From: an uncultured Acidobacteriota bacterium
Lineage (GTDB): Bacteria; Acidobacteriota; Thermoanaerobaculia; Multivoradales; UBA5704
Assembly: GCA_963700145.1 (NCBI GenBank)
Contig: OY969474.1
Span: 4,992,001 to 5,056,000, forward strand
Length of the DNA stretch: 64,000 nucleotides
Direction: 5' to 3'
Position 1 is the first letter of the stretch. Each line of letters begins with the position of its first letter. Below the pieces are notes generated by a model that was not told the origin of the DNA, did not search any database, and saw only the letters and a program-made list of their open reading frames with translations. Both the position numbers and the translations under genes were made by a program. Below are positions 45,379 to 53,776 of this stretch, piece by piece.

Positions 45379-45407
45379 AGTGTAGCGCAGGGCCGGCGCC
45401 TAGTCAA
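45379..45407 (-). promoter_or_regulatory. Near-consensus sigma70 promoter
   Basis: TTGACT (45407-45402), 17-nt spacer, TACACT (45384-45379). Confidence 0.7.
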
Positions 45408-45490
45408 ATCCTGCCAGGGAAGGTATGGCGAGGGTCGGAGGCGCTCGGGCGTGCGCTCCTGAAGGTTCTGCCCGCGTTTGGTTTGTCCCG

Positions 45491-48400
45491 CTAGGTCGCC
45501 TCGGCGGCCTCGCGCCGCGCCTGGGCGCGCGCGCTCCGCCGCGCCGCCCGGCGGTCCTGCCATTCGGAGATCGTCGTGTAGACGACCGGCACCAGCAGCA
45601 GGGTGATGAGGGTCGAGACGGTCATGCCGCCGATGACGACGCGCGCCATCGACGCCTGCACCTCGGCGCCTTCGCCGATGCCCAGCGCCAGCGGGATGAG
45701 GCCCAGCACCGTCGCCGCCGTGGTCATCAGGATCGGCCGCAGCCGCCGCCGGCCGCCTTCGACGACCGCCTCGTGCAGCTCCATGCCGTCACGCCGGCGC
45801 AGGAGGTTGACGTAGTCGATGAGCACGATGGCGTTGTTGGTGACGATGCCGATCAGCAGGATCATCCCGATGTAGCTCTGGATGTTGAAGGTGGTCTGGG
45901 TCAGCCACATGGTGAAGAAGACGCCGATCGCCGCCATCGGCACCGAGAACATGACCACGAACGGGTCGAGCAGGTTCTCGAACTCCGCCGCCATCACCAT
46001 GTAGACCAGGAGGAGCGCCAGCGCCAGGGCCATGAGCAGCTGGCGCGAGGCCTTCTGCTGCTCCTCGTACTCGCCGCCGAGAATGACCGCGTGGCCGTCG
46101 GGCACCGGCACCTCGCGCAGCGCCGCCCGCGCCGCCTCCGCCGCCGTCCCCAGGTCCTCACCGGCGACCAGCGTCGCGGTCACCGGGATCACCCGCTCCT
46201 GGTCCTCGCGGTCGATGATCACCGGTCCGCGCGACACGCCCACCTCGACGACGGTGCGCAGCGGCACCGACTCGCCGCCGGCGGCGACCAGCGACACCTG
46301 GTCGATGTCGGCGAGGCGGACGCGGTCGGGCTCGGCCAGGCGGACGACGATGTCCACCTCGCGCCCGGCCTCGCGCAGCACGGTGGCGCGGCTGCCGGCC
46401 AGGTTGGTCTCGATGACCTCGGCGACCTGCTGCATCGAGAGCCCGAGCTGCGCCAGCTTGTCGCGGTTGATCCGCATCACCCGCTCGGGCCGCCCGGGGT
46501 CGCGGGCGATGCGCACGTCGGTCAGGATCGGGATCGTCTGCAGCGCCGCACGCGTCCGCTCGGCGAGCTCGAAGCCGGCCTCCAAGTCCTCGCCGCGCAC
46601 CTCGACCGTCAGCCCCTCGTCACCGCCGCCGAAGGCCATGTTGAGGATGAAGAGCCCGGAACCCTCGCGCGCCCGCACCTTGACGCCGGGCAGCCCCGAG
46701 AGGCGCTCGCGCAGGGCGTCGGCGATCTCGGTCGAGGAGCGCTCGCGCTCGCCCTTCGGCGCCAGCGTCACCCGCAGGTCGCCGCTGTGCTGGCCGCTCG
46801 CCCGCCAGCCGCCGCCGCCGATCGAGGTCAGCATCTTGCGTGCCTCCGGCACCTCGGCGGCGACGACGCGCTCGATCTCGCGGAAGGTCTTGTCCATCAC
46901 CTCGAGCTTCGTGCCCACCGACATCTCGGCGTTGATCCGCACCTCGCCCTCGTCGGTCTGCGGCATCAGCTCCGAGCCGATGAAGGGCACGACGAGGAGG
47001 CTGGCCGCGAACAGAGCGGCGGCGCCGCCCACGACCTGCGCGCGGTGCGCCAGCGCCCAGGCGACGCCGCGGCGGTAGCGCTCCTCGAGCGCGGCGAGGA
47101 AGGCCTCGCTGCGGGCGTAGAAGCGGCGGAGGAGCGGGCCGTGCGGCGTCGGGTGGGCCTCGCCGCGGGCGAGCAGGCGCGCGGCGAGCACCGGGATGAG
47201 CGTCAGGCCGACGACCAGCGAGGCCGCCTGCGAGAAGGCGACGACGATGGCGAGCTGCCGGTACATGACCCCGGCCATGCCGCGCATGAAGACGATGGGC
47301 AAAAAGACCACCATGGTGGTGATCGTCGTGGCGATGAGCGGCGCCGCCACCTCCTGCGTCCCCTCGACCGCGGCGCGCAGGATCGGCAGCCCCTCCTCGC
47401 GCTTGCGGAAGATGTTCTCGAGCACCACGACCGCGTTGTCGAGCAGCATGCCGACGCCGAGCGCCAGGCCGCCGAAGGTCATGATGTTGAGGGTGTAGCC
47501 GTTGAAGTAGACGAGCGCCAGGGTGGCGAGCACCGAGATCGGCGTCACCACGGCGATGACCAGCGTCGAGCGGAAGGAACGCAGGAAGAAGAAGAGAACG
47601 ATGGTGGCGAGGACACCGCCGATCAGCGCGTTCGAGCCGACGTTGGACATCGCTTGGCGGATGTACTGGCTGGTGTCGATGATCGGCTGGACGCGCACCT
47701 CGGGGAAGTCGAGGTTGAGGCGCTCCACCTCGGCGAGGATGCCGTCGGCCACCTCGACGGTGTTCGAGCCGGCCTGCTTGTTGATCGCCAGGCGGACGCC
47801 TGGCTCGCCGTTGATGCGGGTCAGCGTCGTGATCTCCTCGACGCCGGCCTTGACCTCGGCGACGTCGCGCAGGTAGATCGGCGTGCCGTCGCGCACGGTG
47901 ACGACGGTCGAGCCGATCTCCTCGGGCGTGCGGTACTCGCCGACGGTGCGCAGGTAGAGGTCGAGGTTCCCCTCCTCGACCTTGCCGGCCGGGCGGTTCA
48001 GGTTCTCCTCGCGCAGCAGGCGCGTGATGCGGTCGGCGGAGAGGCCGAGGGCGAGCATGCGGTCGCGGTCGAGGTTGACCTGCACCTGCCGCCGCAGGCC
48101 GCCGCGGATGTCCACCGAGGCGACGCCGGGCACGCGCTCGAGCCGGCGCTGGATGCGCTCCTCGGTGAACTGCCGCAGCTCGGTTGCCTCCAGGGTGGGG
48201 GAGGCGACGCCGAGGAAGACGATGGGGAAGGCGGCGAGGTCGAACTTGAAGACCGACGGCGTGTCCGCCTCCTCGGGCAGGGTGCCGCGGATGCGGTCGA
48301 CGCGGCTGCGCACCTCCTCGGCGGCGGCGTCGAGGTCGGTGCCCCAGGTGAAGGAGACGCGCACCGAAGAGTCCCCCTCGGCGGAGGTCGAGGTGATCGT

Positions 48401-48634
48401 CTCGACGCCGGCGATGGCGGCGACGGCGTTCTCGATCGGCCGCGTGACCAGGTCCTCGACCTCCTGCGGCCCGACGTTCGGGTAGCTGGTGCGGACGGTG
48501 AGCGTGGGGTAGCTCACCTCGGGCATGAGGTCCACCGGGAGCTGCAGGGCGGCCACCGTGCCCAGGAGGACGACGATGAGCGTCCCCATGATCGTAGTGA
48601 CGGGGCGGTGGACGGCGCCGGCGATCATGCTCAT
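45491..48634 (-). CDS. RND efflux permease (AcrB/MdtB-like)
   Basis: HRPV, LPVDLMPE, GMLLDNAVVVLENI, RLRPILMT; ATG 48634 overlaps the MFP stop. Confidence 0.95.
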   Translation of the reverse strand: MSMIAGAVHRPVTTIMGTLIVVLLGTVAALQLPVDLMPEVSYPTLTVRTSYPNVGPQEVEDLVTRPIENAVAAIAGVETITSTSAEGDSSVRVSFTWGTDLDAAAEEVRSRVDRIRGTLPEEADTPSVFKFDLAAFPIVFLGVASPTLEATELRQFTEERIQRRLERVPGVASVDIRGGLRRQVQVNLDRDRMLALGLSADRITRLLREENLNRPAGKVEEGNLDLYLRTVGEYRTPEEIGSTVVTVRDGTPIYLRDVAEVKAGVEEITTLTRINGEPGVRLAINKQAGSNTVEVADGILAEVERLNLDFPEVRVQPIIDTSQYIRQAMSNVGSNALIGGVLATIVLFFFLRSFRSTLVIAVVTPISVLATLALVYFNGYTLNIMTFGGLALGVGMLLDNAVVVLENIFRKREEGLPILRAAVEGTQEVAAPLIATTITTMVVFLPIVFMRGMAGVMYRQLAIVVAFSQAASLVVGLTLIPVLAARLLARGEAHPTPHGPLLRRFYARSEAFLAALEERYRRGVAWALAHRAQVVGGAAALFAASLLVVPFIGSELMPQTDEGEVRINAEMSVGTKLEVMDKTFREIERVVAAEVPEARKMLTSIGGGGWRASGQHSGDLRVTLAPKGERERSSTEIADALRERLSGLPGVKVRAREGSGLFILNMAFGGGDEGLTVEVRGEDLEAGFELAERTRAALQTIPILTDVRIARDPGRPERVMRINRDKLAQLGLSMQQVAEVIETNLAGSRATVLREAGREVDIVVRLAEPDRVRLADIDQVSLVAAGGESVPLRTVVEVGVSRGPVIIDREDQERVIPVTATLVAGEDLGTAAEAARAALREVPVPDGHAVILGGEYEEQQKASRQLLMALALALLLVYMVMAAEFENLLDPFVVMFSVPMAAIGVFFTMWLTQTTFNIQSYIGMILLIGIVTNNAIVLIDYVNLLRRRDGMELHEAVVEGGRRRLRPILMTTAATVLGLIPLALGIGEGAEVQASMARVVIGGMTVSTLITLLLVPVVYTTISEWQDRRAARRSARAQARREAAEAT

Positions 48635-49983
48635 GGCGAAGGCCTCCGCGCGGGCGGCTTGGCGGTGCCGGCCGCGGCGAGCACGACCGGCGAGCCGTCG
48701 CGCAGCTCCTGCTGGCCGAGGGTGATGACGGGCTGGCCTTTCCGCAGCGTCCCTTCGACCGCCGCCAGCGGCCGCCCGCCGCCGCCGCCGGTGCCGAGCA
48801 CCTCGACCTGCACGCGCTTGGCGGCCCAGCTCGGGCCGCCGGCGCCCGGCGCGCCCGCCGCGCGGTCGCCCCCGTTGCGGTCGTTGCCGCCGTTGCGCCC
48901 GCCAGCGCCTTCGGGCCGCGGCGCGGCGCGCTCGACGGTGAAGACGTAGGTGGCCCGCTCCTCCTCGACCAGCGCCGCGCGCGGCACGAGGAGGGCGTCG
49001 GGGGCGGTCGAGAGCGCCACGGCGACGCTGGCGAACATGCCGGGCTTGAGGCGGCCGTCGGGGTTGGCGATCTCCACCTCCGCCTCGGCGGTGTTGGTGC
49101 GCGGGTCGAAGAGCGAGGCGATGCGCGCCACTCTGCCTTGAAACTCGGCGCCGCGCAGGGCCTCGACGGTCACCACCGCCGGCTGCCCGACGCGCACCCG
49201 CGCGGCGTCCTTCTCGGAGAGCGGCAGCGTCGTCTCGATCGTCGAGACGTCGATCAGGGTGAAGACCGGCTGGTCGCCGGCGGCGAAGGCGCCCAGGTCG
49301 AGGTGGCGCTTGCCGACCGAGCCGGAGAAGGGCGCCCGGATGAGCGTCTGCTCGAGCTCGACACGGCCGGCCGAGAGGTTCGCCTGCGCCTGCTCGACGG
49401 CGGCGCGCGCCACCTGCACCTGCGCCTCGGCCCCCTTGAGCTCGGCCTGCGCGGCCTCCTGCTGCTGCAGGGCCACGAGCTGCTGCTCGTAGAGGCTCTG
49501 CGTGCGGGCGGCGTTGCCGTGCGCGATCTCCTGCGCGGCGCGGCGCTGGGCGAGGGTGGCCCGCGCCATCTCGACCGCGGCGGCGAGCTGGTCGATCTGC
49601 TCGCGCTGCTCGGCGGCGTCGATGCGGGCGAGCACCTGCCCCTGCCCCACGCGGTCGCCGGTGTCGACCAGCACCTGCACGATCTGCCCCGCGGTCTTGG
49701 CGTAGAGGTCGGCCTGGGAGCGCGCCTCGAGCGTCCCCACCCACTCACCCCAGATCTCGAACGGCCCGCGGCCGACCGGCGCGGTCTCGACGACCGCCGG
49801 GCCGAAGGCGCCGCCCATGCCGCCGGCCATGCCGCCGAAGCCGCCGGGGCCCTCCGCCGCCTTGGGATCGCGGGCGCAGACGAGGAACCAGAGCAGCGCC
49901 AGCCCGGCGGCGGCGAGGCCGCCGCGGATCAGGAGCTTCTGCGTCTGCCGGCGCTCCGGCTGGGAGGTCGCTTCGACTTGCAT
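48631..49983 (-). CDS. RND membrane fusion protein
   Basis: GDRVGQGQVLARID, helical hairpin, IRAPFSG, LKPGMFA. Confidence 0.93.
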   Translation of the reverse strand: MQVEATSQPERRQTQKLLIRGGLAAAGLALLWFLVCARDPKAAEGPGGFGGMAGGMGGAFGPAVVETAPVGRGPFEIWGEWVGTLEARSQADLYAKTAGQIVQVLVDTGDRVGQGQVLARIDAAEQREQIDQLAAAVEMARATLAQRRAAQEIAHGNAARTQSLYEQQLVALQQQEAAQAELKGAEAQVQVARAAVEQAQANLSAGRVELEQTLIRAPFSGSVGKRHLDLGAFAAGDQPVFTLIDVSTIETTLPLSEKDAARVRVGQPAVVTVEALRGAEFQGRVARIASLFDPRTNTAEAEVEIANPDGRLKPGMFASVAVALSTAPDALLVPRAALVEEERATYVFTVERAAPRPEGAGGRNGGNDRNGGDRAAGAPGAGGPSWAAKRVQVEVLGTGGGGGRPLAAVEGTLRKGQPVITLGQQELRDGSPVVLAAAGTAKPPARRPSP

Positions 49984-50070
49984 CCGGGGGTTTTAACGCG
50001 CGCAGGCCGTTGAGGTTTCCCGCCGCCGGCCGCGACTCGCGGCACTGTAACACGCGCTGCCGCAGCGGCT

Positions 50071-50087
50071 TGTAATGCCGGTGTAAA
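50071..50087. promoter_or_regulatory. OmpR/PhoB-type direct repeat TGTAAT-N5-TGTAAA
   Basis: 11-bp period repeat upstream of the RND operon; candidate minus-strand -10 TACAGT at 50044-50049. Confidence 0.5.
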
Positions 50088-50113
50088 ACTTCCTCGAGTC
50101 GCCGGCGCGCGGC

Positions 50114-50530
50114 TCACCCGCCCGCCAGCCGCCGGAACGGCTCGCGCAGCGGCTCGGGGGTGAGGCAGGGCTTGCCGGTGGCGCGGGCGATCCAGACGTG
50201 CTCGGTGGCGCCGCTGACCAGGAGCTCGCCCTCGCGCCGCACCTCGTAGGCGAAGCGGAGGCCGCGGCTCCCCAGACGCTCGATCCAGCAGGCGACGCGC
50301 GGGGTCTCGCCGTAGCGCGCCGACTTGCGGTACCGCACCTCGACCGCCGTCACCATCAGCAGCCAGCCCATCTTCTCGATGTCGGCGTAGCTGAGCCCCG
50401 AGAGCGCGCAGAGGTGCGTGCGCGCCAGCTCGAACCAGACCACGTACTGCGAGTGGTGGACGACCGCCATCTGGTCGGTCTCGGCGTAGCGGACCTCGAC
50501 GTCCATCTCGTGGCGCACCGGCTCAGCCAT
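50114..50530 (-). CDS. Acyl-CoA thioesterase (YbgC/4HBT family)
   Basis: VRYAETDQMAVVHH..Y..WFELAR. Confidence 0.92.
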   Translation of the reverse strand: MAEPVRHEMDVEVRYAETDQMAVVHHSQYVVWFELARTHLCALSGLSYADIEKMGWLLMVTAVEVRYRKSARYGETPRVACWIERLGSRGLRFAYEVRREGELLVSGATEHVWIARATGKPCLTPEPLREPFRRLAGG

Positions 50531-51251
50531 CGTTTCCTCCCGCGCTTCCCACGCTGTGGCGCAGCACCGTCCAGAGGATCTTGTGGCCGGCGCGCAGGGT
50601 GCCGGCGACGGTGCCGGTGATCTTCGAGACGCCCACCCGCCGGCGGTAGGAGACCGGCACCTCGGCGACGCGCAGCCCGCGGCGCAGCGCCTTGACCTGC
50701 ATCTCGGCCGTCCAGCCGAAGTCGGGGTCGGACATGCCGAGCCGCTCGAGCGCCGCCCAACGCACGGCGCGGAAGGGCCCGAGGTCGGTGTAGCGGTGGC
50801 CGTAGAGCAGCCGGATCAGCGCGCAGGCAACGAGGTTCCCGGCCCGCGCCTGCGGCAGCAGCGCCCCCGGCTCCCGCTCGCCGAGGATCCGCGAGCCGAC
50901 GACCAGGTCCGCCGCGCCGGCCAGGATCGGCGCCACCAGGCGCGGCAGCTCGTCGGGGTGGTCGGAGTAGTCGGCGTCCACGAAGACCACGACCTCCGGC
51001 GGGTCGTTGGCGCGCAGCCAAGCGAGCGCCGCGAGACACGCGCTGCCGTAGCCGCGCCGGCGGGCCTCCACCACGACCGCGCCGCCGCGCCGCGCCGCCT
51101 CGGCGGTGCCGTCGCGCGAGCCGTTGTCGGCCACCACCACCCGCCGCACCGGCGGCCGCGGCAGGTCGGCGAGGACGAGCGGCAGCGAGCGCTCCTCGTT
51201 GAGTGCGGGGATCACCACGTCGATCGCCGCCTCCGCCTCGGGCCGGGACAC
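50523..51251 (-). CDS. Glycosyltransferase family 2 (DPM-synthase-like)
   Basis: IPALNEE, DNGSRDGT, FVDADYSD, DLGPFRA. Confidence 0.92.
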   Translation of the reverse strand: MSRPEAEAAIDVVIPALNEERSLPLVLADLPRPPVRRVVVADNGSRDGTAEAARRGGAVVVEARRRGYGSACLAALAWLRANDPPEVVVFVDADYSDHPDELPRLVAPILAGAADLVVGSRILGEREPGALLPQARAGNLVACALIRLLYGHRYTDLGPFRAVRWAALERLGMSDPDFGWTAEMQVKALRRGLRVAEVPVSYRRRVGVSKITGTVAGTLRAGHKILWTVLRHSVGSAGGNDG

Positions 51252-51302
51252 CGGCGGATCTTACTTGGGAGCCGCGCGCGTCCTGTGCGATGCTGTGCCG
51301 GC

Positions 51303-51887
51303 ATGCAGACCCGCATTGCCCTCCTGGCCTTGGCCGCCTCGATTCTGCTCCCCGCCGCCGGCACGGCGACGGCCGCGGCCGCGGAGCCGCCGCCTCCGGC
51401 GGTCGCCGCAACCCGCCGTCTGACCCTGCCGAAGGTGACGGACAGGGCGTTCCCTTACACCGTCGAGGTCCCCACCGACTGGGGGGTGCGCGACGTGCCG
51501 AACAGCCCCGGCGGCGTGTGGATCGGCCGCCCCGGCGCGGAGCCGGACAAGGACCCGCACATGCTCTACGTGCGCTGGTCGCCCGCGAGCCTCGCGGACC
51601 CGCAGAAGGTCGTCGCCTCGATCCGCGCCGGCGACGAGAAGGCGAGTGCCTGGACGGCGCCGGTGCTCGAGGTGCGCGAGGTGGGGGGGGTCCGCGGCGT
51701 CCTGGTGCAGCTCGACAGCGGCGAAGGGGAGGCGGCGCGCAGCACGCTCGCGTTGAAGCTCCCCGCGGACCAAGGGAGCGTCGACTTCCTGGTGTCGGCC
51801 CGCCGCGCCGACTTCGTGCGCCTGCGGCCGCTCTTCACGCAGCTCCTGGACTCGGTGCGGCGGGCGGAGACGCCCGCCGGCCGCTGA
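51303..51887 (+). CDS. Secreted hypothetical protein
   Basis: Signal peptide MQTRIALLALAA; fills the gap before the gamma-CA gene. Confidence 0.65.
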   Translation: MQTRIALLALAASILLPAAGTATAAAAEPPPPAVAATRRLTLPKVTDRAFPYTVEVPTDWGVRDVPNSPGGVWIGRPGAEPDKDPHMLYVRWSPASLADPQKVVASIRAGDEKASAWTAPVLEVREVGGVRGVLVQLDSGEGEAARSTLALKLPADQGSVDFLVSARRADFVRLRPLFTQLLDSVRRAETPAGR

Positions 51888-51890
51888 CGC

Positions 51891-52418
51891 TTGCCCCTCC
51901 ACCCCTACAACGGCGTCCGGCCGCGCCTGGGCCAGCGGGTCTTCCTGGCCCCCGGGGCGCACGTCGCCGGCGACGTCGAGGTGGGCGACGACGTCTCCTT
52001 CTGGTTCCACACCGTGGCGCGCGGCGACGTCAACTCGATCCGCATCGGCGCGCGCACCAACGTCCAGGACGGCAGCGTCCTGCACGTCACCCACGAGCGG
52101 CACGCCCTGGCGCTCGGCGCCGGCGTGGTCGTCGGCCACCAGGCGGTCCTCCACGGCTGCACCGTCGAGGACGGGGCGCTGATCGGCATCGGCGCGCGGG
52201 TGCTGGACGGCGCGGTCGTCGAGGCCGGCGCGCAGGTGGGGGCCGGCGCCGTGGTGGCGCCGGGAGCGCGCGTGCCGGCCGGGCACCTCGCTCTTGGGGT
52301 GCCGGCGCGGGTGGCGCGGCCGCTGACCGACGAGGAGCGCCGCGCGATCGGCGACATCGCCGAGCGCTACGTGGCGCTCAAGGACCGCTACCTCGCGGCG
52401 CTGGGGGAGGAGCGGTGA
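51891..52418 (+). CDS. Gamma carbonic anhydrase family (YrdA-like)
   Basis: RGDVNSIRIG, NVQD, three His ligands, hexapeptide repeats. Confidence 0.93.
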   Translation: MPLHPYNGVRPRLGQRVFLAPGAHVAGDVEVGDDVSFWFHTVARGDVNSIRIGARTNVQDGSVLHVTHERHALALGAGVVVGHQAVLHGCTVEDGALIGIGARVLDGAVVEAGAQVGAGAVVAPGARVPAGHLALGVPARVARPLTDEERRAIGDIAERYVALKDRYLAALGEER

Positions 52419-53776
52419 GCGACGGCAAGGTGCGCAGCGTCAAGGGGACGCGCGACCTGCTGCCGCCGGAGACGGCGGTCTGGGCGGCGGTCGAGGCGGT
52501 GGCGCGGCGCGTCTTCACCGCCTACGGCTACGGCGAGGTGCGCACGCCGGTGCTCGAGGAGACCGAGCTCTTCGTGCGCAGCGTCGGCGAGACGACCGAC
52601 ATCGTCGGCAAGGAGATGTACACCTTCCCCGACAAGAAGGGGCGGAGCCTGACGCTGCGGCCGGAGAACACGGCGCCGGTGGTGCGCGCCTTCGTCGAGC
52701 ACGGCCTGCACCAGCTGCCGGCGCCGGTCAAGCTCTTCTACATCGGGCCGCAGTTCCGCTACGAGCGGCCGCAGGCGGGGCGCTACCGGCAGTTCCACCA
52801 GATCGGCGCCGAGCTGCTCGGCGACCCGGGGCCGCTCTCCGACGCCGAGCTGCTCCTGATGCTCGTCCGCTTCCTCGAGGAGCTGGGGTTCGGCTCGCTC
52901 GTCGTGCTGCTCAACACGGTGGGTGACGAGGCCTCGCGCGCCGCCTACCGGCAGGCGCTGCGCGACTACCTCGAGCCGCGGCGCGCGGCGCTCGGCGAGG
53001 ACAGCCGCCGCCGGCTCGACACCAACCCGCTGCGCATCCTCGACAGCAAGGACCCGGCGGAGCGCGAGCTGCTGGCCGGCGCGCCGGCGCTCGCCGACCA
53101 CCTGAGCGAGGAGGCCCGCGCCCACTTCGCCGCAGTCGTGGCGATGCTCGACCGCTTCGGCGTCCGCTACCGGATCGAAGACCGCCTGGTGCGCGGGCTC
53201 GACTACTACACGCGCACGGTCTTCGAGATCGTCGCCGAGGGCCTGGGGGCGCAGGACGCGATCGTCGGCGGCGGGCGCTACGACCGGCTCGTCGCCGAGC
53301 TGGGCGGCCCCGAGGTGCCGGGGATCGGCTTCGCGATCGGCGAGGACCGGTTGATCGACGTGCTGCCGCAGGCGTTCCGCGACGCGCACGCCCCGCCGGC
53401 GCCTGTCCTCGTCACGGCGGTGGGCGGGGTGGGAGCGGAGGAGGTCCTGGCGCTGGCGGAGGAGCTACGGCGCGCTGGCGTCGCGGCCCTCGCCGAGCTC
53501 TCCGGCCGCGCGCTCAAGAACGCGCTCAAGCGGGCGGACCGGCTGGGCGTGCGCCGGGTGGCGATCCTGGGCGACGAGGAGCTGGCGGCCGGCAAGGTGA
53601 CGCTCAAGAATCTCGCGAGCGGCGAGCAGGTGAGGTTGCCACGCGCAGAGCTCCCCACCCAGATCCTTCGCTACGCTCAGGATGACGAGGGAGGTTGGAT
53701 GCCGAGCACGAGCCCGATACGTCATCCTGAGCGAAGCGAAGGATCTGGGCGGGGGAATGAGCAGAGGAAACCATGA
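52415..53776 (+). CDS. hisS: Histidine--tRNA ligase (C-terminus extended through a REP pair)
   Basis: KGTRD, LRPENTA, FRYERPQAGRYRQFHQ, RGLDYY, GGGRYD. Confidence 0.97.
   Translation: MSDGKVRSVKGTRDLLPPETAVWAAVEAVARRVFTAYGYGEVRTPVLEETELFVRSVGETTDIVGKEMYTFPDKKGRSLTLRPENTAPVVRAFVEHGLHQLPAPVKLFYIGPQFRYERPQAGRYRQFHQIGAELLGDPGPLSDAELLLMLVRFLEELGFGSLVVLLNTVGDEASRAAYRQALRDYLEPRRAALGEDSRRRLDTNPLRILDSKDPAERELLAGAPALADHLSEEARAHFAAVVAMLDRFGVRYRIEDRLVRGLDYYTRTVFEIVAEGLGAQDAIVGGGRYDRLVAELGGPEVPGIGFAIGEDRLIDVLPQAFRDAHAPPAPVLVTAVGGVGAEEVLALAEELRRAGVAALAELSGRALKNALKRADRLGVRRVAILGDEELAAGKVTLKNLASGEQVRLPRAELPTQILRYAQDDEGGWMPSTSPIRHPERSEGSGRGNEQRKP
53661..53746. repeat. Inverted pair of GTCATCCTGAGCGAAGCGAAGGATCT REP-like elements
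   Basis: Copies at 53661-53686 (-) and 53721-53746 (+), both inside the hisS 3' end. Confidence 0.92.

Noticed and set aside
45297-45494. 65-aa plus-strand ORF as a type I toxin antisense to the candidate sRNA
   Set aside because: No clear hydrophobic TM segment and the AGGAGAG is about 20 nt from the nearest GTG; not excluded, but unsupported.
45425-48949. Long antisense or alternative-frame ORFs (also 26567-29425, 12967-14985, 60106-62616 and many others)
   Set aside because: Shadow ORFs expected at very high GC; they overlap well-supported genes and show no motifs.
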